From NCBI GenBank assembly GCA_028700155.1, contig JAQVTG010000005.1, positions 1,207 to 65,206 on the forward strand: a stretch of DNA of 64,000 bases, given 5' to 3'. This DNA is from Bacteroidales bacterium (GTDB lineage: Bacteria > Bacteroidota > Bacteroidia > Bacteroidales > UBA932). This document shows positions 37,449 to 46,361 of the stretch, piece after piece (the stretch's first letter is position 1; each line of letters begins with the position of its first letter). A model generated the notes under the pieces. It worked only from the letters and a program-made list of their open reading frames with translations, did not search any database and was not told where the DNA came from. The position numbers and the translations under genes are program-made.

Positions 37449-37739
37449 TTACCTTAATACAAGATCCTTTACCACCTGGGAACCCATTATCCGGTTTATC
37501 TCCCCGATAATTTTCACTCTGTGCATAAAAAGATAATTTTTTGCAACAGACGAGTTTATTGTACAGTAAAGTACTCCCTCCCTAAAAAATTTACTTACGG
37601 TAATTTTGCTGTAACGAGGCCCCACCGATTCGTCCCAGGCATGAAAAACCCTGGTTCTTACAAGTCCATCCTCCAACCCGTACTCCTTTATAAAGAGAGT
37701 TAAAAGCTCATCAATCCTGACTGAGTTTTCCCTTTTCAT
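37449..37739 (-). CDS. DUF721 protein (DciA-type candidate replicative-helicase loader)
   Basis: A 96-aa protein immediately downstream of recF with a 4-nt overlap. It has the W..(V)G......T....F..G.L.....SS.....L pattern (HAWDESVGPRYSKITVSKFFREGVLYCTINSS). Confidence 0.7.
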   Translation of the reverse strand: MKRENSVRIDELLTLFIKEYGLEDGLVRTRVFHAWDESVGPRYSKITVSKFFREGVLYCTINSSVAKNYLFMHRVKIIGEINRIMGSQVVKDLVLR

Positions 37740-38824
37740 ATCACTCTTCCCTTGTCAATTTCAAATGACAGAGAGTCCCCGTCAATCGTCTCCAGTATTT
37801 CAGAAACCCTTAGTTTGTTGCTTTCTGTTAAGAATATCTGACCAAAATCACTTGTGGCAACAAGCTTTAACAATGATTCAACTCTGAGTATATCAAGCTT
37901 GTCAAAAATATCATCCAGCAATAAAACCGGAGGTTCTCCCTTTTGTTCCCTGATTGCAGAAAATTGTGCCAGTTTGAGAGAGACCAGAAAACTTTTCTGC
38001 TGCCCCTGGGAGCCGCCTCTTTTAATCGGATGTCCGTTCATGGTAAAAAACAGATCATCGCGATGAATACCTGAGGTAGTGTACCGGAGAAGGGAATCTC
38101 TTTTTAAATTGCTGGAAAAGAGCTCGCTTATTGTTGTACCCTCCAGATCTGACCTGTATTCTATGGTTATACTCTCCCGCTCTCCCGAGATCACTCCATA
38201 ATAATACTCAACGGAGGGGGAGATACTTTTTACAAATTCCCTCCTTTTTTCATATATATATTGTCCGTCCTGAGCCATTTTCTCTGAGTAAGCCCACAGG
38301 AGATCCTCAGAAAAAAAGTCACTTTTTAAAAGTTTATTCCTTTGAGACAGAAGTATATTATAGTTTTGCAACCGTCTGAGATACTCCCTGTCCAGCTGGG
38401 AGAGAATAGAATTGAGGTATCTCCTTCTCTCCTCTCCGCTCTCGTTGATAAGGGCGCTGTCAGAGGGAGATATCATTACCACAGGTATAAGACCTACATG
38501 ATCGGAGAGCCTGCTGTAGGGTTTAGAATTTCTTTTTATCTGTTTACCCGATGCAGTATCAATATTTACGCTGATTTTTTCTGATGTTTTGTCACTGTTG
38601 ATGTACTCACCTGTAATAGCTGCCCTGTTCTCTCCGTAACGGATTATATATTGGTCTGCAGAAGGAAAATAACTCTTTGTCATCGACAAAAAGTAAACAG
38701 CATCCAGAAGATTTGTCTTACCGGATCCGTTAATTCCTGTTATACAGTTTAACTTTTTTGAAAAGGAGAGAGTAGTCTGGGATATATTTTTAAAATTTGT
38801 AACAGATATTTTGTTTAGATACAT
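37736..38824 (-). CDS. recF: DNA replication/repair protein RecF
   Basis: Walker A GINGSGKTNLLDA, signature SQGQQKS and Walker B LLLDDIFDKLD. Confidence 0.93.
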   Translation of the reverse strand: MYLNKISVTNFKNISQTTLSFSKKLNCITGINGSGKTNLLDAVYFLSMTKSYFPSADQYIIRYGENRAAITGEYINSDKTSEKISVNIDTASGKQIKRNSKPYSRLSDHVGLIPVVMISPSDSALINESGEERRRYLNSILSQLDREYLRRLQNYNILLSQRNKLLKSDFFSEDLLWAYSEKMAQDGQYIYEKRREFVKSISPSVEYYYGVISGERESITIEYRSDLEGTTISELFSSNLKRDSLLRYTTSGIHRDDLFFTMNGHPIKRGGSQGQQKSFLVSLKLAQFSAIREQKGEPPVLLLDDIFDKLDILRVESLLKLVATSDFGQIFLTESNKLRVSEILETIDGDSLSFEIDKGRVI

Positions 38825-38844
38825 TATTGCCTTTGCTTATTCTA

Positions 38845-38852
38845 CAAAGTTA
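38845..38852 (-). promoter_or_regulatory. -7 promoter box for recF (TAACTTTG on the minus strand)
   Basis: CAAAGTTA on the plus strand, 20 nt upstream of the recF ATG. Confidence 0.45.
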
Positions 38853-38894
38853 CAATTTTATCTGATTACATATTTGAGATTAGACAAATTGTTG

Positions 38895-38902
38895 TAATTT
38901 TG
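38895..38902 (+). promoter_or_regulatory. -7 promoter box (TAATTTTG) for the TPR / yebC genes
   Basis: Matches TAnnTTTG, 23 nt upstream of the ATG at 38926. Confidence 0.5.
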
Positions 38903-38925
38903 CAGACTGCATAAAAAATCTAAAA

Positions 38926-39594
38926 ATGGCAAAGAACACAAAACATCATCATCCGGAAGAAAAAGTAGTTGAAGCACTTACTCAAACCGAACAACTGATA
39001 GAGAAGTACAAGAAGCCCTTGCTCTACTCAGTTATTGTGATTGTAATCATCGCAGCTGCATCTTTCGCATATCAGCACCTCTACCGTAAACCCAGAATAA
39101 ACGAAGCTATGGCCCAGACATTTGTTGCTGAACAATATTTCAGGGCAGATTCATTTGCTCTGGCACTTAACGGAGATGGCAATGCACTGGGTTTTAAACA
39201 GATCCTGGAAGAGTACGGGAATAACTCAGGTGAGGCAGTGAATTTTTATGCAGGAATCTGCGAACTGCATCTTGGAAACTACCAACAGGCTATTGAATAT
39301 CTTAAAAAATACAAAGGAGAAGATCTTATAATGCAGGCAAGGGCAATGTGCAATATCGGAGATGCACATGCAGGACTGCAGCAGAACAGGGAGGCGGTAA
39401 ATTTCTACATGAAGGCTGCCAAACATGTTGACACTCCGTTTGCAGCAGCTTATCTGCTTAAAGCAGGAATAATGTATGAGGAGATGGGAGAGATTGACAA
39501 TGCCCTTAAAGCGTACGAAGAGATTAAGACAAAATATCCACAGACAGTGGAGGGATACGAAATCGACAAATACATCGCCAGAATAAGGCCATAA
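38926..39594 (+). CDS. Membrane-anchored tetratricopeptide-repeat protein (YfgM-like)
   Basis: One N-terminal TM (LLYSVIVIVIIAAASFAY) followed by TPR-like helices (AGICELHLGNYQQAIEYLKKY, AYLLKAGIMYEEMGEIDNALKAYEEI). Confidence 0.6.
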   Translation: MAKNTKHHHPEEKVVEALTQTEQLIEKYKKPLLYSVIVIVIIAAASFAYQHLYRKPRINEAMAQTFVAEQYFRADSFALALNGDGNALGFKQILEEYGNNSGEAVNFYAGICELHLGNYQQAIEYLKKYKGEDLIMQARAMCNIGDAHAGLQQNREAVNFYMKAAKHVDTPFAAAYLLKAGIMYEEMGEIDNALKAYEEIKTKYPQTVEGYEIDKYIARIRP

Positions 39595-39607
39595 ATTTAT
39601 TGAAAAC

Positions 39608-40324
39608 ATGGGAAGGGCATTTGAATTCAGAAAGGAGAGAAAATTCAAGCGCTGGGGCAATATGTCCCGGGTTTTTACAAGGCTTGGAAAAGAGTTGACA
39701 ATCGCAGCCAAATCGGGTGGTCCGGATCCGGATAACAATCCAAGATTGAGAGCAATTATCTCCACAGCCAGAAGTGAAAATATGCCCAAGGACAACATTG
39801 AGAGAGCCATAAAAAGGGCAGTCGAAAAGGATCTTAGTGAATACAAGGAGGTTGTATATGAAGGTTATGGACCTCACGGAATTGCTTTTTTGATTGAAAC
39901 CGCCACTGACAATCCAACCAGGACGGTTGCCAATATCAGAAGTTACTTTAATAAAAACGGTGGATCTCTAGGCACACAGGGAAGTGTGGAATTTATGTTT
40001 GAGAGAAAATCTGTATTCAAAATCAGAACAGTTAATGATGTTGATCCTGAAGAGCTTGAACTGGAGCTTATAGATTACGGAGCCGAGGAACTTTTTAAAG
40101 AGGATGAGGAGATAGTTATATACGGGCTGTTTGAATCCTACGGATCAATACAGAAATATATCGAGGAGAAGGGTTATGAGCTGATAACCGGTGGTTTTGA
40201 GAGAATTCCGACAGTTGAACTTAAGCAACTTGAAGCTGATCACAGAGCCGAAATTGAGAAACTCATAGAGCGTTTCGAAAACGATGATGATGTGCAAAAT
40301 GTATATCATACAATGGCCAATTAA
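39608..40324 (+). CDS. YebC/PmpR family DNA-binding transcriptional regulator
   Basis: MGRAFEFRKERKFKRWGNMSRVFTRLGKELTIAAKSGGPDPDNNPRLR is a near-invariant YebC N-terminus. Confidence 0.9.
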   Translation: MGRAFEFRKERKFKRWGNMSRVFTRLGKELTIAAKSGGPDPDNNPRLRAIISTARSENMPKDNIERAIKRAVEKDLSEYKEVVYEGYGPHGIAFLIETATDNPTRTVANIRSYFNKNGGSLGTQGSVEFMFERKSVFKIRTVNDVDPEELELELIDYGAEELFKEDEEIVIYGLFESYGSIQKYIEEKGYELITGGFERIPTVELKQLEADHRAEIEKLIERFENDDDVQNVYHTMAN

Positions 40325-40346
40325 AAAAATAACATTATCCGTAAAA

Positions 40347-40375
40347 ATGGCAGGAATTCCTGCCATTTTTTTTTG
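40347..40375 (+). terminator. Rho-independent terminator after yebC
   Basis: ATGGCAGG, loop aatt, CCTGCCAT, followed by T9. Confidence 0.8.
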
Positions 40376-40394
40376 TTCCGGTTTTATTAATTAA

Positions 40395-40402
40395 TAACTT
40401 TG
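40395..40402 (+). promoter_or_regulatory. -7 promoter box (TAACTTTG) for the mce-mmd operon
   Basis: Matches TAnnTTTG, 46 nt upstream of the mce ATG. Confidence 0.45.
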
Positions 40403-40448
40403 CCCTTTATTTCAGAATTTTTTAAAAAATCAACACTTTTTTTTATTT

Positions 40449-40871
40449 ATGAAACTTTCGCATATTGAACACATAGGCATTGCTGTTAAATCTCTGGAGA
40501 CGGCGATTCCCTATTACGAAGAGATACTGGGATTGAAATGCTACGCAATTGAAGAGGTAGCAGATCAGAAGGTAAAAACAGCCTTTTTCCGTATAGGACA
40601 GACAAAAATTGAACTTCTGGAGAGCACAGATCCGGAAGGACCGATTGGGAAATTTCTTGAGAAAAAAGGTGAAGGTGTTCATCATATAGCTTTTGCAACC
40701 GAAGGGGGTGTTCAGGAGAGTCTGGACGAACTCTCAGAAAAGGGTGTTCAGCTGATAGACAAATCACCCAGAAAAGGGGCAGAAGGGCTTAAAATTGCAT
40801 TTCTCCATCCAAAATCCACTGCAGGGGTTCTCACAGAGCTGTGCGAAGATCCCAATAAACAAGATAAATAA
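40449..40871 (+). CDS. mce: Methylmalonyl-CoA epimerase (VOC/glyoxalase fold)
   Basis: HIEHIGIAVKSLE...IELLE......I.KFLEKKGEGVHHIAF..........L...G..L. A 140-aa protein, first gene of the decarboxylase operon. Confidence 0.85.
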   Translation: MKLSHIEHIGIAVKSLETAIPYYEEILGLKCYAIEEVADQKVKTAFFRIGQTKIELLESTDPEGPIGKFLEKKGEGVHHIAFATEGGVQESLDELSEKGVQLIDKSPRKGAEGLKIAFLHPKSTAGVLTELCEDPNKQDK

Positions 40872-40888
40872 ACTGAAATATAAAAAAT

Positions 40889-42442
40889 ATGAGCCAGCAA
40901 CTTGAACAGGTTAAAGCACTGATAAAACTTAGGGATAAAGCACATCAGGGAGGCGGTCAGAAAAGGATCGACTCACAGCATCAAAAGGGCAAATTCACTG
41001 CCCGTGAGAGAATTGCAATGCTTCTTGACGAAGGAAGTTTTGAAGAATTCGATATGTTTGTTTCTCACAGGTGTACAAATTTCGGGATGGAAAAAGAGAG
41101 AGTTCTGGGAGACGGAGTCGTAACAGGATTCGGGACTATCGATGGCAGACTTGTATATGTTTTTGCACAGGACTTTACAGTTTTCGGAGGTTCACTTTCA
41201 GAAAGCTTTGCAAACAAGATCTGTAAAATTATGGATCAGGCGATGAAAATGGGAGCTCCTGTTATTGGTATCAATGACTCCGGTGGCGCAAGAATTCAGG
41301 AGGGAGTCAATGCTCTTGCAGGATATGCAGAGATATTCCAGAGAAATATTCTCGCATCCGGGGTGGTTCCACAAATATCGGCCATCTTTGGTCCCTGTGC
41401 CGGAGGAGCTGTCTACTCCCCTGCCCTCACCGACTTTATCATTATGACAAAGGGAACCAGTTACATGTTCCTTACAGGACCAAAAGTTGTAAAGACTGTA
41501 ACAGGAGAGGATGTCAATCAGGAGCAGCTTGGAGGTGCGTCAGTGCATTCGTCAAAGAGCGGAGTTGCACATTTCGCAGTTGACACAGAAGAGGACGGAA
41601 TCAGGGTGATAAGAGATCTGCTCGGATATCTTCCACAGAACAATCTTGAAGAACCTCCCCTTTTGCCAACAGGTGATCCCATTGACAGGCTGGAGGATTC
41701 ACTTAACGAGATTGTTCCTGACAGTCCCAACAAGCCTTACGATATGTATGAGGTGATCGGAGCAATTGTTGATGACGGAAAATTTCTGGAAGTACACAAG
41801 GACTATGCAACAAATATGATAGTGGGATTTGCCCGCTTTAACGGAATATCTGTGGGTATTGTTGCCAATCAGCCAAAGGTTCTCGCCGGGGTGCTGGATA
41901 ACAATGCTTCAAGAAAAGGTGCCAGGTTCGTCCGCTTCTGTGACGCATTCAATATACCACTTGTAACACTGGTGGATGTTCCCGGATTCCTGCCAGGAAC
42001 GCAGCAGGAGTACGGAGGCATCATTCTTCACGGTGCAAAACTTCTCTATGCCTTTGGAGAGGCCACTGTTCCAAAGGTTACAATCACCCTGCGCAAATCA
42101 TACGGTGGGGCATATTGCGTAATGAGCAGCAAACACCTCAGAGGGGATATAAATTATGCATGGCCAAGCGCCGAAATTGCTGTAATGGGTCCCTCCGGAG
42201 CTATTGAGGTACTATACGGCAAGGAGATGGCTGCATCAGAAGATCCTGCCGCTCTAGCCGCCGAGAAGGAGAAAGAGTACAGGGATGCTTTTGCAAATCC
42301 TTATAATGCTGCCAGATACGGTTACATTGATGATGTTATTGAGCCGAGGAACACTCGCTTCAGGATTATAAGAGCCCTGCAGCAGTTATCCACAAAGAAG
42401 CTCTCTAATCCGGCAAAGAAGCATGACAACCTGCCACTTTAA
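40889..42442 (+). CDS. mmdA: Methylmalonyl-CoA decarboxylase alpha subunit (acyl-CoA carboxyltransferase)
   Basis: Carboxyltransferase motifs ([62 protein letters not shown]). The protein is 517 aa. Confidence 0.9.
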   Translation: MSQQLEQVKALIKLRDKAHQGGGQKRIDSQHQKGKFTARERIAMLLDEGSFEEFDMFVSHRCTNFGMEKERVLGDGVVTGFGTIDGRLVYVFAQDFTVFGGSLSESFANKICKIMDQAMKMGAPVIGINDSGGARIQEGVNALAGYAEIFQRNILASGVVPQISAIFGPCAGGAVYSPALTDFIIMTKGTSYMFLTGPKVVKTVTGEDVNQEQLGGASVHSSKSGVAHFAVDTEEDGIRVIRDLLGYLPQNNLEEPPLLPTGDPIDRLEDSLNEIVPDSPNKPYDMYEVIGAIVDDGKFLEVHKDYATNMIVGFARFNGISVGIVANQPKVLAGVLDNNASRKGARFVRFCDAFNIPLVTLVDVPGFLPGTQQEYGGIILHGAKLLYAFGEATVPKVTITLRKSYGGAYCVMSSKHLRGDINYAWPSAEIAVMGPSGAIEVLYGKEMAASEDPAALAAEKEKEYRDAFANPYNAARYGYIDDVIEPRNTRFRIIRALQQLSTKKLSNPAKKHDNLPL

Positions 42443-42454
42443 AACTGATAAGTA

Positions 42455-43375
42455 ATGAAAAGAGTCTTAAAATTACTTCTGCTTGTTTCCCTTCTGTTTC
42501 CAGGCTTAAGGGCTGCTGCTCAAAGTCAGGAAGATATGCGCCTTAACGAGATACTGGTTGTTAACACCAATGACTTTGAAGACGATTTCGGACACAAAAA
42601 CGGATGGATCGAGCTATTCAACTCTTCGTACGGCACTGTTAATATCGGTGGTTGCTATCTTACCAACGACCCCTCCAACCTTACTAAGTACATTGTTCCC
42701 AAAGGGGATGTATTGACCTTTGTCAAGCCCAGACAACATATTCTTTTCTGGGCAGATAACCAGCCATATAGGGGAACTTTTCATGTAAACTTCACTCTTG
42801 AGGAGTCAGAGGAGATCCTGCTTGTAGCATCTGACGGAAGGACCATTATTGACAGGGTCAGGATTCCTCATACATCACTGGGAGAGAATATCTCTTTCGG
42901 TAGAAAAAATGACGGTATCGGAGACAGGACTGGCAATGAGGGCTGGGAGATACTTGCACGAACATCTCCAAGTACAAACAACTCAGGTGTTGACGATGTA
43001 CCCAAAGGAGTAGTAATAAAAGAGGCCGACCCGTACGGAGCAGTAATGGCAATAACTGCAATGTCTGTGGTGTTTGTTTCTCTTATTTTGCTTTATATCA
43101 TATTCAAACAGATCGGTAAGTATAACATCAAAAGCAGCCAGAAAAGATCAGATCTCGTTTCGGCTCTTAAAGGCAAGAAGAGAGTGGTAAGTGTTGAGGA
43201 TACATCTGCAGAAGTTTACGCTGCAATTGCTACCGCTCTTCACCTATACCAAACAGAAAATGAAGCTCACGACATTGAGAACACAATACTAACAATAACT
43301 AAAGTTACAAGGAACTACTCTCCGTGGAGTTCAAAGATATATACACTTAGAGAAACACCTTCCAAAAAACGATAA
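42455..43375 (+). CDS. Lamin-tail-domain / OadG-family fusion (delta/gamma-type subunit of the Na+-translocating decarboxylase)
   Basis: Signal peptide (MKRVLKLLLLVSLLFPGLRAAAQ), LTD signature (LNEILVVNTNDFEDDFGHKNGWIELFNSSYGTVNIGGCYL), a single TM (AVMAITAMSVVFVSLILLYIIF) and an OadG-like tail (EVYAAIATALHLY). Confidence 0.7.
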   Translation: MKRVLKLLLLVSLLFPGLRAAAQSQEDMRLNEILVVNTNDFEDDFGHKNGWIELFNSSYGTVNIGGCYLTNDPSNLTKYIVPKGDVLTFVKPRQHILFWADNQPYRGTFHVNFTLEESEEILLVASDGRTIIDRVRIPHTSLGENISFGRKNDGIGDRTGNEGWEILARTSPSTNNSGVDDVPKGVVIKEADPYGAVMAITAMSVVFVSLILLYIIFKQIGKYNIKSSQKRSDLVSALKGKKRVVSVEDTSAEVYAAIATALHLYQTENEAHDIENTILTITKVTRNYSPWSSKIYTLRETPSKKR

Positions 43376-43387
43376 CAGTATCATACA

Positions 43388-43822
43388 ATGAAAGAGTATA
43401 AATTAAAAATCAACGGCAATGACTACACTGTAAATATTACTGAGGTAGAGGACACTTTTGCCGAAGTTGAGGTGAACGGAACACCATTTAAAGTCGAGAT
43501 TGACAGAGCTGTAAAAAAGAGTCCCGTTATAACAAGACCGGTGAGCTCTTCAATCCAGACCACTGTCTCTAAACCCACAGCAACAGTTACCCCTCCGGTG
43601 GTATCAGGACAGACAGAGATTAAGTCACCACTTCCCGGTGTTATTCTGGAAGTATCTGTAAAAGAGGGTGACAGCATAAAAAAAGGTCAGAAGTTAATGG
43701 TTCTGGAAGCTATGAAGATGGAGAATGTGATAGAATCCTCAGCTGACGGCAAAGTGATTGCTATCAAAGTAGGTAAAGGAGATTCTGTACTGGAAGGTGC
43801 TTCCCTGATAATTATCGGTTAG
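43388..43822 (+). CDS. mmdC: Biotin carboxyl carrier subunit of the decarboxylase
   Basis: The C-terminal biotinyl domain has an EAMKMEN biotinylation motif. An Ala/Pro/Thr/Val-rich linker is present. Confidence 0.88.
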   Translation: MKEYKLKINGNDYTVNITEVEDTFAEVEVNGTPFKVEIDRAVKKSPVITRPVSSSIQTTVSKPTATVTPPVVSGQTEIKSPLPGVILEVSVKEGDSIKKGQKLMVLEAMKMENVIESSADGKVIAIKVGKGDSVLEGASLIIIG

Positions 43823-43823
43823 T

Positions 43824-44987
43824 ATGGAAGGAAATCTTTTTGAAATATTAGGCAGGAATCTGAGCCAGTTCTGGGAATATACCGGTTTTGCAAATTTTGA
43901 TGGTAATTTCGGATATATTCTGATGATAATCATAGGATTGATATTCATTTACCTTGCAATAAAAAAAGATTGGGAGCCGATGCTTCTGGTCCCTATCGGA
44001 TTTGGAATAATTGTTGGTAACATCCCCTTTTTCCCAGGATTGAGTATCGGAGTCTATGAAGAAGGCTCCGTGTTAAATATCTTATACCAGGGAGTGATAA
44101 AAGGGTGGTATCCCCCACTGATATTCCTTGGAATTGGAGCAATGACCGATTTTTCTGCTCTGATTTCAAATCCTAAACTACTTCTGATTGGTGCAGCCGC
44201 CCAATTTGGTATTTTCGGTGCGTACGCAATCGCCCTTTTGATGGGATTCTCAGCAACAGATGCAGGTGCAATAGGGATAATCGGTGGCGCTGACGGCCCG
44301 ACTGCAATCTTCCTCTCCTCCAGACTTGCTCCAAACCTTATGGGTGCAATAGCTGTATCTGCATACTCTTATATGGCTCTGGTCCCGGTAATCCAGCCCC
44401 CGATAATGAAGCTCTTTACTAATCACAAAGAGAGACTGATCCGCATGAAACCTCCCAGAGCCGTTTCGCAGACTGAAAAGATACTTTTCCCGATTATCGG
44501 ATTCCTTCTGACAGCATTGATTGTTCCCTCCGGCATTCCACTTCTGGGTATGTTATTCTTTGGAAATCTTCTCAAAGAGAGCGGCGTAACCAGAAGGCTT
44601 GCAGAGACAGCAAGAGGGCCGTTGATCGATGTTGTCACTATATTGATCGGGCTTACGGTAGGTGCTTCCACACAGGCAGATAAATTTCTCCAGATAACTT
44701 CTGTATTTATATTCCTGCTAGGAGCTTTCTCTTTTGTTATTGCAACTACTGCAGGGGTGTTGTTTGTCAAGTTTTTCAACCTATTCCTGAAAGAAGGCAA
44801 TAAAATTAATCCACTTATTGGAAATTCAGGCGTATCTGCTGTACCCGATTCAGCAAGAGTATCAAATAATATCGGTTTGCAGTATGACAAAACCAATTAT
44901 CTGCTTATGCATGCAATGGGGCCGAATGTTGCCGGCGTTATAGGCAGTGCCGTGGCGGCCGGTATACTTCTTGCATTTCTTGCATAA
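43824..44987 (+). CDS. mmdB: Na+-translocating decarboxylase beta subunit (membrane pump)
   Basis: A 387-aa polytopic protein with OadB/MmdB-type motifs (GAMTDFS, GIIGGADGPT, NPLIGNSGVSAVP). Confidence 0.9.
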   Translation: MEGNLFEILGRNLSQFWEYTGFANFDGNFGYILMIIIGLIFIYLAIKKDWEPMLLVPIGFGIIVGNIPFFPGLSIGVYEEGSVLNILYQGVIKGWYPPLIFLGIGAMTDFSALISNPKLLLIGAAAQFGIFGAYAIALLMGFSATDAGAIGIIGGADGPTAIFLSSRLAPNLMGAIAVSAYSYMALVPVIQPPIMKLFTNHKERLIRMKPPRAVSQTEKILFPIIGFLLTALIVPSGIPLLGMLFFGNLLKESGVTRRLAETARGPLIDVVTILIGLTVGASTQADKFLQITSVFIFLLGAFSFVIATTAGVLFVKFFNLFLKEGNKINPLIGNSGVSAVPDSARVSNNIGLQYDKTNYLLMHAMGPNVAGVIGSAVAAGILLAFLA

Positions 44988-45020
44988 TACCGCACAACCT
45001 CATTTTTAATAATAAATTAA

Positions 45021-45045
45021 AGCATCCCAAACGGGGTGCTTTTTT
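45021..45045 (+). terminator. Rho-independent terminator after mmdB
   Basis: AGCATCCC, loop aaac, GGGGTGCT, followed by TTTTTTATTTTTTT. Confidence 0.75.
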
Positions 45046-45055
45046 ATTTTTTTAT

Positions 45056-45063
45056 TATCTTTG
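45056..45063 (+). promoter_or_regulatory. -7 promoter box (TATCTTTG) for the V-type ATPase operon
   Basis: Matches TAnnTTTG, 36 nt upstream of the subunit E ATG. Confidence 0.5.
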
Positions 45064-45099
45064 TTAATTACATTTGTCGAATAACAAACATAAAATAAT

Positions 45100-45714
45100 A
45101 TGCAAAACAAATTGCAGGAACTCACAGATAAGCTCTATAATGAAGGTTTGTCAAAAGGTAAAAGGGAGGCTGAGGAGATTGTTGCAAGGGCAGAAAAAGA
45201 GGCTTCCGGAATAATTTCAAAAGCGAGGGAGGAATCACGGGCAATTTTGGATAACGCAGCTAAAGAGGTTGAGGAGGTTCGTGAGAGGGTTATGAATGAG
45301 GTGAAAATGGCCTCCAGACAGAGTATGACAGCTCTCAAAAAAGAGATTGAAAACATTCTTGTTTTAAAGGCTTTATCAACTCCTGTCAAAGAATCTCTGG
45401 AAGACCCCGGATTGATTAAATCTGCCGTTAAATGCATAATTGAATCTTTTAACCCGGAAAACGGCGTTGCAAAAGATCTCAACATTGTTCTGCCGGAGAA
45501 GCTTAAAAACAGTCTGGATAATTTTATCGTGAGTGAAATTGGCAAAGAATTGAGATCAGGGATAACTCTTTCCTTTGATAAAAAATTAAGCAATGGTTTT
45601 AAAATCGGTCCTAAAGGAGAAAATTATTATATAAGCTTTACAGACAAGGATTTTCAGGAGTTTCTGAGCGGATATCTAAGGCCAAAAACAAGGGAGATTA
45701 TCTTTTCTGAGTGA
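45100..45714 (+). CDS. ntpE: V-type ATP synthase subunit E (peripheral stalk)
   Basis: A 204-aa protein with a long charged N-terminal helix (AEEIVARAEKEASGIISKAREESRAILDNAAKEVEE), first gene of the operon. Confidence 0.75.
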   Translation: MQNKLQELTDKLYNEGLSKGKREAEEIVARAEKEASGIISKAREESRAILDNAAKEVEEVRERVMNEVKMASRQSMTALKKEIENILVLKALSTPVKESLEDPGLIKSAVKCIIESFNPENGVAKDLNIVLPEKLKNSLDNFIVSEIGKELRSGITLSFDKKLSNGFKIGPKGENYYISFTDKDFQEFLSGYLRPKTREIIFSE

Positions 45715-46358
45715 TGATGAACAATTACTACTACATCATCGCCGGACTTCCTGTTTTGGACCTGGATTACCAGAGCAGAAATTTCAGCCTGGAGTCTTTT
45801 ACCGGACAGATACTTCCACATTTGGGAAATAAAGATAAAAGGTTGGTTGAGTGGTTATTGTTTGGCCTTAACGCCGAGAATCTAACATCTCATTTCTATA
45901 GGAGTGTTAAAAAAAGTAAAAGTCGTTTTTTAAGGGAGTATTTCTCTTTTGATTTGATATTAAGAAATATCCTTACTGCTGATACTGCTTTGAAGACAAA
46001 ACAGGATTCATCTCAATTTATATTCGGATTGGGTGAGCAGGGTGAAAAAATCGGTAAAAGTGTCTCCTCTTTATCTGCATTTGCTTCTGAATATGAATTC
46101 GGGCCTAAACTATTGCAGATCCTCGAGAACAGAAACATTATAGAGAGAGAGCAGGCAATAGATCTGCTCAGGTGGGAGAGAGCGGATATTATCTGCACAT
46201 ATAACTATTTTGACATAGAGGTCATACTGTCATTTATCCTCAAGTCCGCACTGGTTGAGAGATGGGCAAAACTAGACAGGACTGCCGGCGAGAAAATGTT
46301 CAGGCAACTGGTTGCAGATATTAAAGGAAGTGGAAAATTGAATAAAGAAGATCAATAA
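45711..46358 (+). CDS. DUF2764 protein occupying the subunit C/d position of the Bacteroidota V-ATPase operon
   Basis: A 215-aa protein between E and A with N-terminus YYYIIAGLP. The start is ambiguous (GTG 45711, ATG 45714 or ATG 45717) and overlaps the subunit E stop. Confidence 0.65.
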   Translation: MMMNNYYYIIAGLPVLDLDYQSRNFSLESFTGQILPHLGNKDKRLVEWLLFGLNAENLTSHFYRSVKKSKSRFLREYFSFDLILRNILTADTALKTKQDSSQFIFGLGEQGEKIGKSVSSLSAFASEYEFGPKLLQILENRNIIEREQAIDLLRWERADIICTYNYFDIEVILSFILKSALVERWAKLDRTAGEKMFRQLVADIKGSGKLNKEDQ

Positions 46359-46361
46359 TTT

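Noticed and set aside
39226-39846. 206-aa minus-strand ORF spanning the TPR gene, the spacer and the start of yebC
   Set aside because: It crosses an intergenic region and two well-supported plus-strand genes. Its sequence has no recognisable motifs and has biased composition, so it is an antisense shadow.
42386-42394. Perfect DnaA-box 9-mers (TTATCCACA at 42386-42394; TGTGGATAA at 48600-48608), considered because recF is in the window
   Set aside because: They are isolated single boxes deep inside the mmdA and ntpB coding sequences. There is no cluster, no AT-rich unwinding element and no dnaA or dnaN nearby, so they are chance occurrences.
44423-45593. 157-aa and 152-aa minus-strand ORFs antisense to mmdB and ntpE
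   Set aside because: Both lie wholly inside strongly supported plus-strand genes. The ntpE antisense ORF simply mirrors a charged coiled-coil (Ser/Leu-rich). There is no independent promoter or terminator evidence.
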